Notes: a model not told the origin generated them from the sequence alone. A DNA stretch of 64,000 nucleotides from Histomonas meleagridis 2922-C6/04-290x (GCA_020184695.1 JAANOX010000047.1:124001-188000), one strand, 5' to 3'; positions 11,230 through 24,792 are shown, counted from the first letter of the stretch. Made by a program: numbers and translations.

Positions 11230-11560
11230 ACTTATGAATGGTACATATGTTTATTATACAGGTGAACATGCAGTTGCAGGATGGAAATGATGAAATTATT
11301 CATTTATGTAAACACGATCATTCATCATTTAAGAATGCATATAAAACTGCAATTAAATTCCATTGAATTGATATCTTCAATTAATATTAATCACAAAGAT
11401 ATTAATTTATTTAATTTAGTATATAATTTGATGATTTAATATAGTTTTATAATGTTTGGGACTTATTAAAATAATTTTATACGGCACTTATTAAAGCATC
11501 TGAAAATGGTCGTACAGAAATCGTTAAATTTCTTCTTGAACAAGATGGAATTGATTACAT
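11230..11560 (+). pseudogene. Collapsed DUF3447-like/ankyrin cassette gene relic
   Basis: HAVAG..NDEIIHLCKHDHSSFKNAYKTAIKFH remnant followed by spacer-like DNA and one cassette TALIKASENGRTEIVKFLLEQDGID. Confidence 0.75.
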
Positions 11561-12099
11561 TGGAAAACGCTTCACAGTTGGTTACTAAACGATCAACTCA
11601 TTATTTTTTATATTTTTATCTAATATATAGAACAATATAACAATAATAATAGATAAAATAATTCAAATAATTTCGAAAATTTTTGTTTATATTTTAATAA
11701 ATATACTTTATTTCTTATAACTCTACAATTTTTTACTTAGCAATTACACACACTGCACAAAGTAAATTGTGCAATTTCAAGCATAAGCAGTGTGTCTGAA
11801 GTTTATTAAAATAATGTGAAAATCTTGTTGACAGGCTACTTATAATACTTTCTTCAACATTTTATATAAGACAAAACGAATGATCTATAGGAAATCGAAA
11901 GAATCTCAAAACTTCGATTTTTTAATGAATAAAACATATTTTTATAAGAAATATGTCACTTCTGTGTGTTTTATATTTTATTTCTCCCTAACAACAATTT
12001 AAATAATCAGAAACGAAAAATATAAACCAACAAATTGCACAAGTTATCTTTAACCATTTAACAAAAGATTGAGAGAGATTTTTATGTTTACTTAACTCC

Positions 12100-14952
12100 T
12101 TAACTGTACATTAATTCCATTGCGTACTTCGGCAAGAACCAATAATAAGTTAAGCATTTTTCGTCCTTATTAATTACGCACCAATTCTCCGCTTCGAATT
12201 TTTGTATTTGGAATATTTGCTTGTCTTTCACCTCCAAATGTTTTGGATTATTTACCTCTTTTAACTTATAAAATCTCAAAAACTTTTTCTCGTTTAATTT
12301 TTTATTATATTTTTCGTCTGGTTTAAAGTTCTTAATCAAAAACGCGACTTCTTCCGGTGTTAAACTTGGTGCGATATCCAATATTAACTCAGGTTTATCA
12401 GCCACGTTATTAATCAATACTAAACAAGAAATAATTTGCCTTAATATATTTAAGTTAATTCGTAAATCATTTTCAAGTATCGATGTAAATGTATTCCATA
12501 AAATGGAATTATCAAAGTTAAATCGTTCGGGATTCGATAACAATTTATTTGATGAATTAACATCAAATTCTTTTATAAAGAGATCAGTGATATATTCATT
12601 TAATGTCTTTGGTAAATTAGAAATAGTTTCATTGTTCATGTTCATGATTTCCTTAAAATCAGTTAATAATGTTTCATTATCAAATGCTGCGGTAGAAAAT
12701 CGATTAATTACTAATTCTGACCGCTTTAATAATGGCGAAACTATTTCATTTAATAATGAATAATATATTTTATATAACTCATTAAGAAATCTATTCGTTT
12801 TGCTTTGATCAAATTTCTTAATGGGTGAATAATAATTAATAAGTTGTATAAGAATTATTATGGTAATGAACTTGTCAGTAGTCGTGGCATTAGGTAATTG
12901 TGGATAAGCTTCGACAAAGACAACAAGTGTTGACTCGAAATGTTCATTGTTTGGTAATAATATTTCACTCTCTAATATCGAAGCAAAGATCGGAAAGACA
13001 TATTGCGTGGATTTGAAGTCACTGGAAAACATGGGCAAAGTAGTAACTGAAGGCCACGAAGTGGTAAGGACGCGATGAAATAGGACTTGCGGTGACAAAT
13101 GCATTGTGGGCTCGAAGCTTTGGCGCTCTGCTGGATCGCTACTGTCGGAGCTGGCGCTGCTCGTGGAGGAATCTTGCGACTCGCTCTCTTCTTCTTTGTC
13201 GTGCGCTTCTTCCTCTTCGGCTTTGCGTTTCGCTTCTTCTTCAATACGCTTTCTTTCTTCTTCTTCCTCTTTGCGTTTAGCTTCTTCTTCGGCTTTTTGT
13301 TTTTCTTCTTCTTCTTCGGCTTTGCGCTTAGCTTCTTCCTCCTTTTCAATGCGATTTCTTTCTTCTTCTTCAGCTTTTTGCTTTTCTTCTTCTTCAATGC
13401 GTTTTCTTTCTTCTTCTTCTTTGCGCTTAGCTTCTTCTTCAGCTTTCTGTTTTTCTTCCTCTTCTTCGATGCGCTTTCTTTCTTCTTCAGCTTTGCGTTT
13501 AGCTTCTTCCTCCTCTTCAATGGGCTTTCGTCTCCTTTCTTCTTTCTTTCGTTCAGCATGGATTCTTTCCTCCTCTTCAATGCGCTTTTTCTCTTCTTCT
13601 TCTTTCTTTTGTTCAGCATGGATTCTTTCTTCTTCTTCTTCAATGCGCTTTCTCTCTTCTTCTTCAGCCTTTTGTTTCTCTTCTTCTTCGATACGCTTCA
13701 TTTCTTCTTCAGCTTTTTGTTTCTTTTCTTTCTTCTTTCTTCTCTTTTCTTCTTTCTTTTGTTCAGCATTAATTCTCTCTTCTTCTTCTTTCTTTTGTTC
13801 AGCATGGATTCTTTCCTCCTCTTCAATGCGCTTTCTTTCTTCCTCTTCAGCCTTTTGGTTCTCTTCTTCTTCGATGCGCTTTCTCTCTTCTTCTTTCTTT
13901 CTTCTCCTTTCTTCTTTTTCAGCTTTCTTTTGTTCAGAGTGAATTCTTTCTTCTTCTTCAGCCTTTTGCTTCTCTTCTTCTTCAATACGTTTTCTCTCTT
14001 CTTCTTCTTTCTTTTGTTTCTCTTCTTCTTCAGCTCTTTGCTTCTCTTCTTCAATATGTTTCATCTTTTCTTCTTCATTTGATTTTTCTGACACTTCTTC
14101 ATTTTCGCTTTCTTTTCTTTCCTCTTTATCTTCAATTTCATTAACTTCTTCTGCTTCTTTCTTCTTAATCTTTCGAACCTTTTTCTTTGTTCCTTTCTTT
14201 TTGTTGCTTTCTTTATCTTCTTCTTTAACACCTTCTTTCCTCCATATACTTTGTGGAGCTTCTTCTTTCTTCTCAATAATTTCATTTTCTTTTTCTTTAC
14301 TTTTGTTCTTTCGAACTCTTTTTACGCTCTTTTTACTTGTTTCTTCTTCTTTCTCTCCTTCAATGATTTCTTCGTTAGTGTTTTTATGCTTCCGATGTTT
14401 CTTCTTACGATGAGTACTACTACGATCTGATGGAATAGGTACAACTTCTGATACATCCCATGATGCAATTGGAATTCGTGGTTCGACTCTACCTACAAAG
14501 GAGACATCGTTCATGTCTGCTTCGTTGGCACTTTCTTCATTGCCTTGTACAGAAAATGAAAAAGATGCATGTAAAAGTGGGGCTTTAGATCTTCCAGTTT
14601 CCATCTCTTTAGATATGTTGGCAACACTCCCAAGACCATAAAAAGGTGCTACATCAACACGTAGTTTTCCATATACTTTGTTCTTTCGACCTTTTTCAAA
14701 TCGTTTTAATGTTAATGTAACAAGTTTGGGACGAACTGAACCATCAGATTTGTTGATGTACATGGTACAAGGACATTCATATTCAGAATCAAATGGAAGT
14801 TTATTGTCTTCTTCTTGATATAAAACATCAGTAGAACCTTTAGAATCGCCACGCTCCCATTTCATGAAAAAACGACTTGGATTTTTAGTCCTTAAGTCAA
14901 CATCAATTATTTTGATTTTAAGAGTTGCCTTAACTTTATTCCATTTGTTCAT
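12100..14952 (-). CDS. NT-C2 domain, K/E-rich coiled-coil and putative Dilute (DIL) domain protein
   Basis: N-terminal NT-C2-like segment (FFMKWERGDSKGST); long EEEERKRI repeats; C-terminal LNILRQIISCLV...APSLTPEEVAFLIKNFKPDE resembling DIL. Confidence 0.7.
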   Translation of the reverse strand: MNKWNKVKATLKIKIIDVDLRTKNPSRFFMKWERGDSKGSTDVLYQEEDNKLPFDSEYECPCTMYINKSDGSVRPKLVTLTLKRFEKGRKNKVYGKLRVDVAPFYGLGSVANISKEMETGRSKAPLLHASFSFSVQGNEESANEADMNDVSFVGRVEPRIPIASWDVSEVVPIPSDRSSTHRKKKHRKHKNTNEEIIEGEKEEETSKKSVKRVRKNKSKEKENEIIEKKEEAPQSIWRKEGVKEEDKESNKKKGTKKKVRKIKKKEAEEVNEIEDKEERKESENEEVSEKSNEEEKMKHIEEEKQRAEEEEKQKKEEEERKRIEEEEKQKAEEEERIHSEQKKAEKEERRRKKEEERKRIEEEENQKAEEEERKRIEEEERIHAEQKKEEEERINAEQKKEEKRRKKKEKKQKAEEEMKRIEEEEKQKAEEEERKRIEEEEERIHAEQKKEEEEKKRIEEEERIHAERKKEERRRKPIEEEEEAKRKAEEERKRIEEEEEKQKAEEEAKRKEEEERKRIEEEEKQKAEEEERNRIEKEEEAKRKAEEEEEKQKAEEEAKRKEEEEERKRIEEEAKRKAEEEEAHDKEEESESQDSSTSSASSDSSDPAERQSFEPTMHLSPQVLFHRVLTTSWPSVTTLPMFSSDFKSTQYVFPIFASILESEILLPNNEHFESTLVVFVEAYPQLPNATTTDKFITIIILIQLINYYSPIKKFDQSKTNRFLNELYKIYYSLLNEIVSPLLKRSELVINRFSTAAFDNETLLTDFKEIMNMNNETISNLPKTLNEYITDLFIKEFDVNSSNKLLSNPERFNFDNSILWNTFTSILENDLRINLNILRQIISCLVLINNVADKPELILDIAPSLTPEEVAFLIKNFKPDEKYNKKLNEKKFLRFYKLKEVNNPKHLEVKDKQIFQIQKFEAENWCVINKDEKCLTYYWFLPKYAMELMYS

Positions 14953-15554
14953 CGACTTTTTTGTTCGTTATGAAATGTGACATGAAACCCGTCTAAATGC
15001 AATTTGAACCAATTTTTTAGCAGTCACACGATTACATGATGATTTTGACCATACAGAATTTGTAAAAATGAAAACAACTATTATCTAAAAAATTGGAATA
15101 CATCTTCAAAACATTTCATCTTATAATTTTTATCACATATATATTATATAAAAAATATATATAGAATGACATTTTATTAATGAATTTATATATAATATAT
15201 AATATATAGATAAATATGTATATATTTTTATATTTATATAATTATATAAATTTATAAATTTTTAATTTGTAAAATCGAAATCACCGAAATTAAAATAATA
15301 TATCATATTTTTCAGGAAATAATTTTTCTATTGTTTCATCATATTTAAATGAATTATTTTTTTAATATTTTTGATTATTATTAATTATATTATTACCATT
15401 CATAATATTATTATTAATATTTTGATTATTATTAATTATATTATTAATATTATTATTTGAATTATTTAAATTATCTGGACTTTTAATTAATGTTGATATT
15501 GAAGAATTTGATGAAGAAACAGAAATAGGAGCAGAACTAGGATTTGCTGAATTT

Positions 15555-16046
15555 TTAAAAATATTTTTGATGAATTATAGGTGAACAATGTGATGTTTGT
15601 TTCTTATTTTCTTCAATATTAATTTCACGTACTATACTTTTAATATAATCTTTAATTTGTGACCAATGCATACAAAACCATGCTCTAGCACCAGTTTTTG
15701 TTCTCCAAGCTGCTCTATCTGTATGAAGATTAAATTTTTCACACGTCATTCTTTGAATTTTTCGTATTGTATTCATCTTTTGTGTACATTTAGAAATTGA
15801 AAATGCATCAATAACTTCTGGTAAAAATTTTCCATATAAAAATAATCTTTCTTTAACTAACATTTTTTCTCGTTCTCCACCTGACATATATGGTTGATGA
15901 ATTTCATGTTTATCTCTATGTTCTCGTGTATATTTTATAATTTTCGTTGTTATTTCATCTGTATTTTCATGTTCTTTTAAATCTAATTGTTGTATGTTTT
16001 CATTGGTTGAATCGTCTTGATCTAATGAATTAGCAAAGTCGAACAT
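15555..16046 (-). pseudogene. Uncharacterised protein, left palindrome copy truncated by frameshift
   Basis: Identical N-terminus to 17409-18074; frameshift at HQKYF* removes the Asn-rich tail. Confidence 0.7.
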
Positions 16047-17408
16047 TTTGGAAATGAATTGCGTTTAATAATATTTTTTCAATATTTTAATAAATTCATG
16101 AATTCAATGATTCTTATATTTTTTTTCTATTTTGAAAAACACTTAAAGTGTATCGGTTAACTTTGATGATTCGATCAACTTTTTCATCACTTTATGAGGA
16201 AATTGTCATGCAAATTTAATCGAGTAAAGTGATGAAAAAGTTGATTAAGAATCGAAATTTTCGTATCAAAATTTTAAAAATTTGTCTTCATAAAATGCTT
16301 GCAATAAAATGGCGTAAATTTTACGATCATTAGTAACGATATTACATTTCATTTATTAAATAATATCAAAATTTTGCACGATTATTCATTTCAATTTTTT
16401 TTTAAATGATATTCTTATTATAATTTTAATGAATTCTAATATATTTTTTTTATTGAATATTTTTTTCAAGTTTTAAAACAATTAGAAACAGCAATATTTC
16501 ATCCGACAGAAAATACAAGTCATATATGAAACACGAATAAATTAGGATTAAAATCACAATAAAAATCATTTTTACGTAATATTATTAAAATTCGTCATTG
16601 TTACTAAACATGATTAAATCACTAGTGAAAGATTTTTATTATTTGATAATGCTAGCATATTTTTTTCAAATTGGTTGGGGTCGTGTCTTTATTGTGATTT
16701 CCATGTAAATGCTTAATCATTGTATATTATGATACGAATGACAATTTGCCTATACAAGAGTAGATCTACTTCCTTACAACTCAAATGTCATGATGAGATA
16801 TGTTAAATATGATAAAATAATTAAACATGATCAAGATGATAAAAAATAATTAAAATTATGTAATAAGTTAGATCCTGGTAATGTGAACTATTCAGAATAA
16901 TGAAAGAAAATTCGAATCAATAGAATAATATATTCAAACGTAATATTACGGGCAAAAAATTAAATCATTAAATAAATTGATCATATATAATATGAAGTAA
17001 TTATTCGTTAAAATTAATTGGTTTTAATAGCTCAAAATTATTGTTGATCTGATTTAATATGAAAAGTGTATTAATAATAAAAATATTTTAGTACTTATAG
17101 AAATTCTAATAAATATATTATCTGAATGTTTTGCTTTTAAAATGACTCAATAAAAAAATATAGAAATGAATAATCATGTGAAAATTTGATATTATTTAAT
17201 AAATAAAATGTAATTTCGTTACTAATGATCGTAAAATTTACGCCATTTTATTGCAAGCATTTTATGAAGACAAATTTTTAAAATTTAAAAGCATAAAATT
17301 TAATATTTTCAACATTTGTCAAAAATAGAAAAAAAATATAAGAATCATTGAATTCATGAATTTATTAAAATATTGAAAAAATATTATTAAACGCAATTCA
17401 TTTCCAAA

Positions 17409-18074
17409 ATGTTCGACTTTGCTAATTCATTAGATCAAGACGATTCAACCAATGAAAACATACAACAATTAGATTTAAAAGAACATGAAAATACAGATGA
17501 AATAACAACGAAAATTATAAAATATACACGAGAACATAGAGATAAACATGAAATTCATCAACCATATATGTCAGGTGGAGAACGAGAAAAAATGTTAGTT
17601 AAAGAAAGATTATTTTTATATACAGATAGAGCAGCTTGGAGAACAAAAACTGGTGCTAGAGCATGGTTTTGTATGCATTGGTCACAAATTAAAGATTATA
17701 TTAAAAGTATAGTACGTGAAATTAATATTGAAGAAAATAAGAAACAAACATCACATTGTTCACCTATAATTCATCAAAATATTTTAAATTCAGCAAATCC
17801 TAGTTCTGCTCCTATTTCTGTTTCTTCATCAAATTCTTCAATATCAACATTAATTAAAAGTCCAGATAATTTAAATAATTCAAATAATAATATTAATAAT
17901 ATAATTAATAATAATCAAAATATTAATAATAATATTATGAATGGTAATAATATAATTAATAATAATCAAAATATTAAAAATAATTCATTTAAATATGATG
18001 AAACAATAGAAAAATTATTTCCTGAAAATATGATATATTATTTTAATTTCGGTGATTTCGATTTTACAAATTAA
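17409..18074 (+). CDS. Uncharacterised protein, right palindrome copy with 111-nt in-frame deletion
   Basis: Lacks 37 aa (GKFLPEV...EKFNLH) present in the left copy; intact Asn-rich C-terminus. Confidence 0.65.
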   Translation: MFDFANSLDQDDSTNENIQQLDLKEHENTDEITTKIIKYTREHRDKHEIHQPYMSGGEREKMLVKERLFLYTDRAAWRTKTGARAWFCMHWSQIKDYIKSIVREINIEENKKQTSHCSPIIHQNILNSANPSSAPISVSSSNSSISTLIKSPDNLNNSNNNINNIINNNQNINNNIMNGNNIINNNQNIKNNSFKYDETIEKLFPENMIYYFNFGDFDFTN

Positions 18075-20429
18075 AAATTTATAAATTTATATAATTATAT
18101 AAATATAAAAATATATACATATTTATCTATATATTATATATTATATATAAATTCATTAATAAAATGTCATTCTATATATATTTTTTACATTAATTTTTTT
18201 AAAATGATATAATATGATATGTGTTATCGAAGATTTTATTCTTTGAAAATCAGAAAGCCATTGTTAGTCAACTTTAAAGATAATTATATTTTTCTCAATA
18301 TTATTCCATAAAGATTCATTGTGAAAACAAAAAAAATTGTTTGAATAACTCTCGAGAAAGCAGTAAAAGTCTTCACTAATTGACGCATTGGTTTCAGTGT
18401 TTTTCTATATGTTGTCAATATAGTATAACTATTATCTGGAACTTGGTGTGTGATCAAGTCATTCATTAGTGACGAGAGATAAAGCACAAAATCACAACTT
18501 ACCACAACGACACTGAAGAGCAGCAGTAGTAAGGCTTAGGTAAAACAGTTGTGCAACTTATACAGACCGTTAACAACAACCTTACCCTTTATAATGTGAT
18601 GATAACGTTCACTTTAAGCCTGGACTAACCGCTTTGATCGTACTTTTCAAAATTGTGCTAACTCCGTCATGTTATCATGGAAAAAAATGAATTTTTTATG
18701 GATATATTAGAAAATTAAAATTTTTCTTCTTCAACTATATAATAATATTATGGCATAACGAATGGTTTCAGGAGACAACTGAGTCATCTATCTAAGATAT
18801 TTATATGATTAATCTCATTATTTCCAGCATATTATAATATGAATTTAGCGCTAATTATAACATATTTCACAAAAACTTTATTGAATATCGATGTCATCAA
18901 GATGACATATTGTTACATTTTAAATTCTAATTGTAAAATATCCACAAACATTAAGAAGTTCGATCGATTTAATGTATTATTGCATGAAATTTTTTTGTGT
19001 TTGAACAACAGTACTCAGTTGGTGTCTTGACTTGGCTTTGATCTCCCCAAAAATTCTTCTAGAAGTGGTTGAAGAAACCACTTGAGAGAGAATTTCCTTC
19101 AACAGGAACATAGAGAAGCTCATTACCTGATTAGAAAGCTCCTGAACAGCTGTTCTGTCGTGTGTGCTTAATACACATTCAATATGTGAAACAAAGGGAG
19201 TCCATCAAATTTTTATGGAGCCAGAGAAGATAATCAAGCATCACATTTAGATTGTTGTCCATCCATTATATGTAAAGCACACTTCCACTTCTGAATGTTG
19301 CATGAGCTTGTAACGACCAGTGCTCATTGATAGCAACATTATGAACTTTTTGCTATTATGATGTTATTCAAGGATTTAAATACTACTTCGAAATGAACTC
19401 ATATATAAAGTCTTCTGTATCTTTGAAAAGTGTATATTATTGTGGCTATTATAATGAATTTTTTGCCCAATTCTGTTTGCCCTGTACTAGACAATTCTTC
19501 ACTTGACGTTTGTTTGGGTATCCCTATGTCACACAAAATTTTTGCGATCACATTTTAAAGGAGCTTCTCATTTGTTAGGTTTCGATTCAATATTATTCCA
19601 AAATCTATAATGATATCAAAAATATAATGCTTTCTTATTTGAAATATACAATAATATATATTTGTAATATATATGAAACAATTTTTTGATACACTTTCTC
19701 ATATACTAATCATTTATTTCAATGTAATACAAAAAATGAAAAACCATGGATTCGTTGAAGCCTATAATTGAATTGTCAAAAAATAATCTAATATTATCAT
19801 AAAATACAAATTAATAATTTTATATTATATTCTCGTCATAACATGCGAGCTATTTTATATTTAGATTCGATGATATAAATCCACTAAATTTATAAAAAAA
19901 TTATTCCAAATGCTATAAAAAAGGAACAAAACACACACACACACACAGAACATCTACAGGCCCATCTTACGGCTTCGCCTCAGGGCCCTTAGATGTTTTC
20001 GTTATAAGATAATCCGTTAAATAGGATATATTTAATAGAGAATTAATATCTTACAAATGGTATATCTATACAAGAGAGTGTAATGTTAACAAATATTACT
20101 TTTAAATCAAAATCTTTTAATAGGCCTCGTAGAGGCCGTTAATAAACTGTTTATTGTTATATAATATACTATTAACACATGTAATGTGTAATGTAATGTA
20201 AAAATAAACTGCTATAGAGAGTGAATTTATAATGAAGTTCTTAATGTATTACTTGTATTACAACGAAACATCATAATAAAGAAGTAAATATGATAAAGAA
20301 GTGATCATGATAAAGAAGAAATATGATAAGGAAGTAATAATTATAATATAGGCATCATATAGGTATAAAGTTATCATTATAAAGTAATATACTAACAATC
20401 AATCATTAAATAAATCAAATCATCTATTA

Positions 20430-20952
20430 ATGTTTCACGCTAATTTTATAATGGTATCTAATAATAATATTCCTATTAAAATAGATTCCGGAGATAAAAG
20501 ATATTTAGTATTAAGTGCTTCTGAGAAAAATATAATAGAGATTCCAAATATTACTTAAATATATATATAATACTCCTACATTAGAATTTCATCAGAACTT
20601 ATTTACACACTTTATGATAATGAATACTAAAAAAGTTAACTTAAGAATAATACCAAATACTGAGGCAAAATAGAAAATTAAAAAAGCATCTATGTCATCA
20701 TATGAAATATTCATAAAAGAATATTATGATCGTATTAAAGATATAACAGCACCTAGATCATACACATTATATAAAGAATTTGTCGTAGAAAATGGTTTTA
20801 ATAGTAGTTCATTCAGAACATTTATTGCTAGCATAAAAAAAAATACAGGAGAAGCAATCAGTAAAAAAATTGATGGAGTCGTTTTTGAAGTATATAATTT
20901 AGTCCCAAAGATCTATGAGAAATATAGATCTTATCATCATAAAATAAAATGA
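20430..20952 (+). pseudogene. D5/SF3-type primase-helicase C-terminal remnant
   Basis: Manual translation HANFIMVSNNNIPIKIDSGDKRYLVLSA, followed by fragment ORF 20692-20952. Confidence 0.65.
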
Positions 20953-22859
20953 ATGAATGTAAAGAAGATATTGATTTTTTTCAAATATTTGATGACCAAA
21001 GACTTATTAAATCATATTATATAACGTAATAGTTATTTTTCTTGCTTGGATATTAAATATTAAATCTACTGTGTTGACTTTTGATTCTAGAATACTTCTG
21101 CCATAATTCATCTACATTATGACAACTTGCTGGAGATTCTTTAATCAATTCATAAAAATCAATTCTAGAGATACCAGGAAATAAAACAATATCACTTAAT
21201 GTTTTTTTCGAATTTTTTGATATCGATTTTACTGTTTGAACACAAATGATTACATTGATATTGAAATGTCTTGATCTTTTATATAATTTCATTTAATCAG
21301 TCTATTTAATTAAATCAGAATTTGAGCACTTAATTTTAAGACAGAGAAAACAACACTCAGAAATCATTGAATACCCATTGAATTTGAATACTGTTTAAAA
21401 AATATGCGAAACAAAACACTAAAAAACATACTTATAAACGAAATATTTAAATAAACAAAATATACTGTTATATGTTTTCCATTATGTTCTTTCGATTCAT
21501 AATATTCATTATGAAAAATAAGACAATTTTTTTCTAATGCTTATATCTCGATAAAAATAGAATATTTATCGAAAATATTTCAATATGCTAATAAGTATCG
21601 CATATACTATAATTTCTTATATTCAGAATTTCCTAATTCATACATTCGTATTAATGTGTTTCGTATTTGATATAAAAATATATCAGGAATTCTATTTATT
21701 GAAACTACTTATCAAAACACAACATATCACAACACAACTGTTTTTCTCTAATTAAATATGAATACTTTGAATAATAAATTTACAATGAATGAGATATATA
21801 GGATTCTTTCCATCAGAAGTAAATTTTATATTAAAAGTAGATGCGTCAGAAAGAGCGTTATTAATAACGGTAGGTTATCCATAAAAATCACTTTTGATAC
21901 CAATGAATTGTCTTATACTATTACTGAATGATGCATGGAATTCTAAATACTCTCTATCTGAAACACTACTATAAGATTTACTAGAAGATAAGTTATTAAG
22001 TATATCTGCATCGTTAGGATCTTGATATAAGAATATTAAAAAAATCATTTATGTTGGAATCAAATAAGTTATCAGTGGGATTAACAAATCTGTATTCTAA
22101 ATCACAATCGATTGTAAGTTCTCCTGTTATTTTATAATAGTAATCAAATGTATAATTATTATCATTAGACGCAGCATTATAAGAATTGATTGAATATGTA
22201 ATTATTTATAATTAATTATTATGACTTATTATTTATATATTGACTATAGTTTCTTTTCGTTCTTCATCACCATGTTTTACATTACATTTGAATGCAATTA
22301 TATGTGAAGTAGGAATGATCTCTAAACGTCTTATTCCAACTACTTTATTATAACTAGAAGATTCCAACCAATGTTGTGGATAACGAAACGTATAACCATT
22401 GTTTTGATATACATACGTTAAATCTCTTTCATATTCTTCAATATCTGAATTAGTATAATTTTCTTCTATAGATAGTTATGATGCATGAGTAGTAAGTTGC
22501 TTTTCAGTTCTCATTTTAATTGAAATAAAATATGATTGAATCTAATAGAATTGAAACTATACTGAAATCTTTAATGAATGAAAATAGTGTAGTATATTCC
22601 AATTATAGTAAGACTTCTGATACTCTTTCTGATGGCATTTGTTCATTAACGATTAATAGTGTAGATAAATCATTTATATTTACTTACGGAAGAAATCATT
22701 TAATAATTAATTATCTAGATTCCAGTATCAAAGGTCTTGTTCTAATGAACGATATTTTAGTAAGTAATATTATTACAGGATCTCATATAATGAATAATTA
22801 TTATCTATATCAAATGATTAGTATTGAACTTATATAAAGAATCTATTAAAATCGATCAG

Positions 22860-24792
22860 GAAAAATAATAGTGTTAGAATATCTGATTTGTTAGTAAATA
22901 CTATCAATGATTATTCTACTGAAAATTATGCTATAAAAAATCATACTCATGATGGAAGATATTTATTAATAAATCATACTCATAATATCATTGATAACAA
23001 TTTAATTGTTAACGGTAATCTGACTGGTATAAAAATAAATGGATATTATATTTCTAATAGTTTTGGTGGAGGATCTAATGCTACAATAAATATACCAATG
23101 TATTGCTACTGTTAAAACAGATGGTGTTATGGAAGTAGGAGAATATAGCTATCATAAAAGAAGGAATATTAACTATTGGAGATGTCATATTATTTGATAA
23201 TGGTGTTAATATATCTACCAATGATTATACTACGGAAGATGGTATTATCGAAAATAATATATTAATCAACTTTCTTAATGATAATAATATCATGTTAGAA
23301 GATAGTGGACATACTTATGGTATCGTTAATGTAGACGGAGTATTGACTTCAGAATACTATTTAACAAATGATTATAGATGATTAAAACATACAAGAACTT
23401 TTGACAGTAGTTTCTGGGGAAGACGGGGAGGGTGTTAAAAAGAATTGGCTGGAATATATATTATATGGATTTTCTTATGCTATGTCAATAGCAGAGTTTG
23501 CAGAGTTAGCTAGTAAAGTATATAATAGTATTAAAAATAGTAGTTGGGCTATGTCTCTAATTAGCAGATTAAAAAATGTTATTACTGGAGCAAAATAATA
23601 TATTCCAATTCCAACTTTAAGATCTGTAGTATTTGACGAATATTATATATCAATGGATAAAATTTGGAAAAATTTAGAAGGTCCGGATGATACTGATATC
23701 GATAACATTTATAATAGATATAATTATCTAATAAACTTATTTCCTGAAATGAATGTAATCTTTATAAATTTGTAGTATTATTATTAAGATGTTTCAGAAT
23801 GTTAGCGCAACAATGAATTAGGTATGTTATTAGTAGATTGTCAAATATATAAGCGTTTTATTAATCATACTCACGATAACTAATTAATAAGTTCTGATTT
23901 GAATAATTATACAGGAATTACTATTTATAATAAAGATTTATCAGAAACTAATGTAAATGAAAACGAAGAAGAAGAAGACATTTATGAAATATATATCAAT
24001 ATTGATCAAAATTTGAAAATATAGAATGTGTTGCTATTAATGGTATTGATACTGATAATATTTCTCTAATAAATCATACTCATGATTAATATTTAACTAA
24101 TGAAAATTTAACTGATATAAATGATAAATTAAATAATATTATCCACAACAAGGATTTATTAAAAAAAATGTGAATGAAAACGAAGAAGAAGATATTTATG
24201 AAATATATACTAATATTAATCAAAATTTAAAAGTTAATGGTGATATAGAATGTAATTATATAAATCGTATTGATTGCTATGAATTATCAATAATTAGTAA
24301 TGATATATTAAATATCAACAATAAATCAACAGGAATTACTTATAATCAAAGTTATGTTGAAACTAATGAAGAGGAAGAAGACATATATAAAATATATATC
24401 AACATTAATCAAGATCTAGAAGTTAATGGTAATATGAAGGTAAATTCTATTAATGATATAAATGTTGATAACTCTTATTTTACGAATCATACTCATACTT
24501 TCGATTACTTAATCTTTGATAATATAGATATATCAAATAATTTCTGGCAAAAAACTTCTTCATATCAAGAAGAAAATAAAGTATTAAGAAGTATATCGGA
24601 ATCGAATGATATTTCTGTTCCAAATCTGAAAAAATATTATATTGATTACAACGTAGATAATTTACGCATTAATAAACCAGATTATAATGATATTATTAAC
24701 AAACCAGAAATTTGGACACCAAGCTCACACAGTCATACGAAATTCAATAATGATTTAACTGTTAACGGTAATATAGAAGTAAATACTATTAT
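22860..24792 (+). pseudogene. Fragmented viral fibre-like repeat protein
   Basis: Recurrent NHTH motifs, YNDIINKPEIWTPSSHSH motif, three NENEEEDIYEIY.NI.QNL repeats; many stops. Confidence 0.5.

Larger units (their letters stand above)
15151..18185. repeat. Large inverted duplication (arms 15151-16392 and 17163-18185, ~770 bp spacer)
   Basis: Arms are near-identical reverse complements, each carrying the MFDFANSLDQDD ORF head-to-head. Confidence 0.93.

Noticed and set aside
12972-14413. Long alternative-frame ORFs rich in K, F or S
   Set aside because: Shadow frames of the GAA/AAA repeat region of the 12100-14952 gene
15700-15840. The 111-nt segment missing from the right palindrome copy as an intron (retrocopy)
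   Set aside because: It is fully coding in frame, has no GT-AG ends, and the flanking non-coding DNA is duplicated too
19100-19400. Possible further DDE_1 transposase remnant on the minus strand (LHIMDGQQS, AHTT)
   Set aside because: Only two weak motifs in broken frames; not supportable without a profile search
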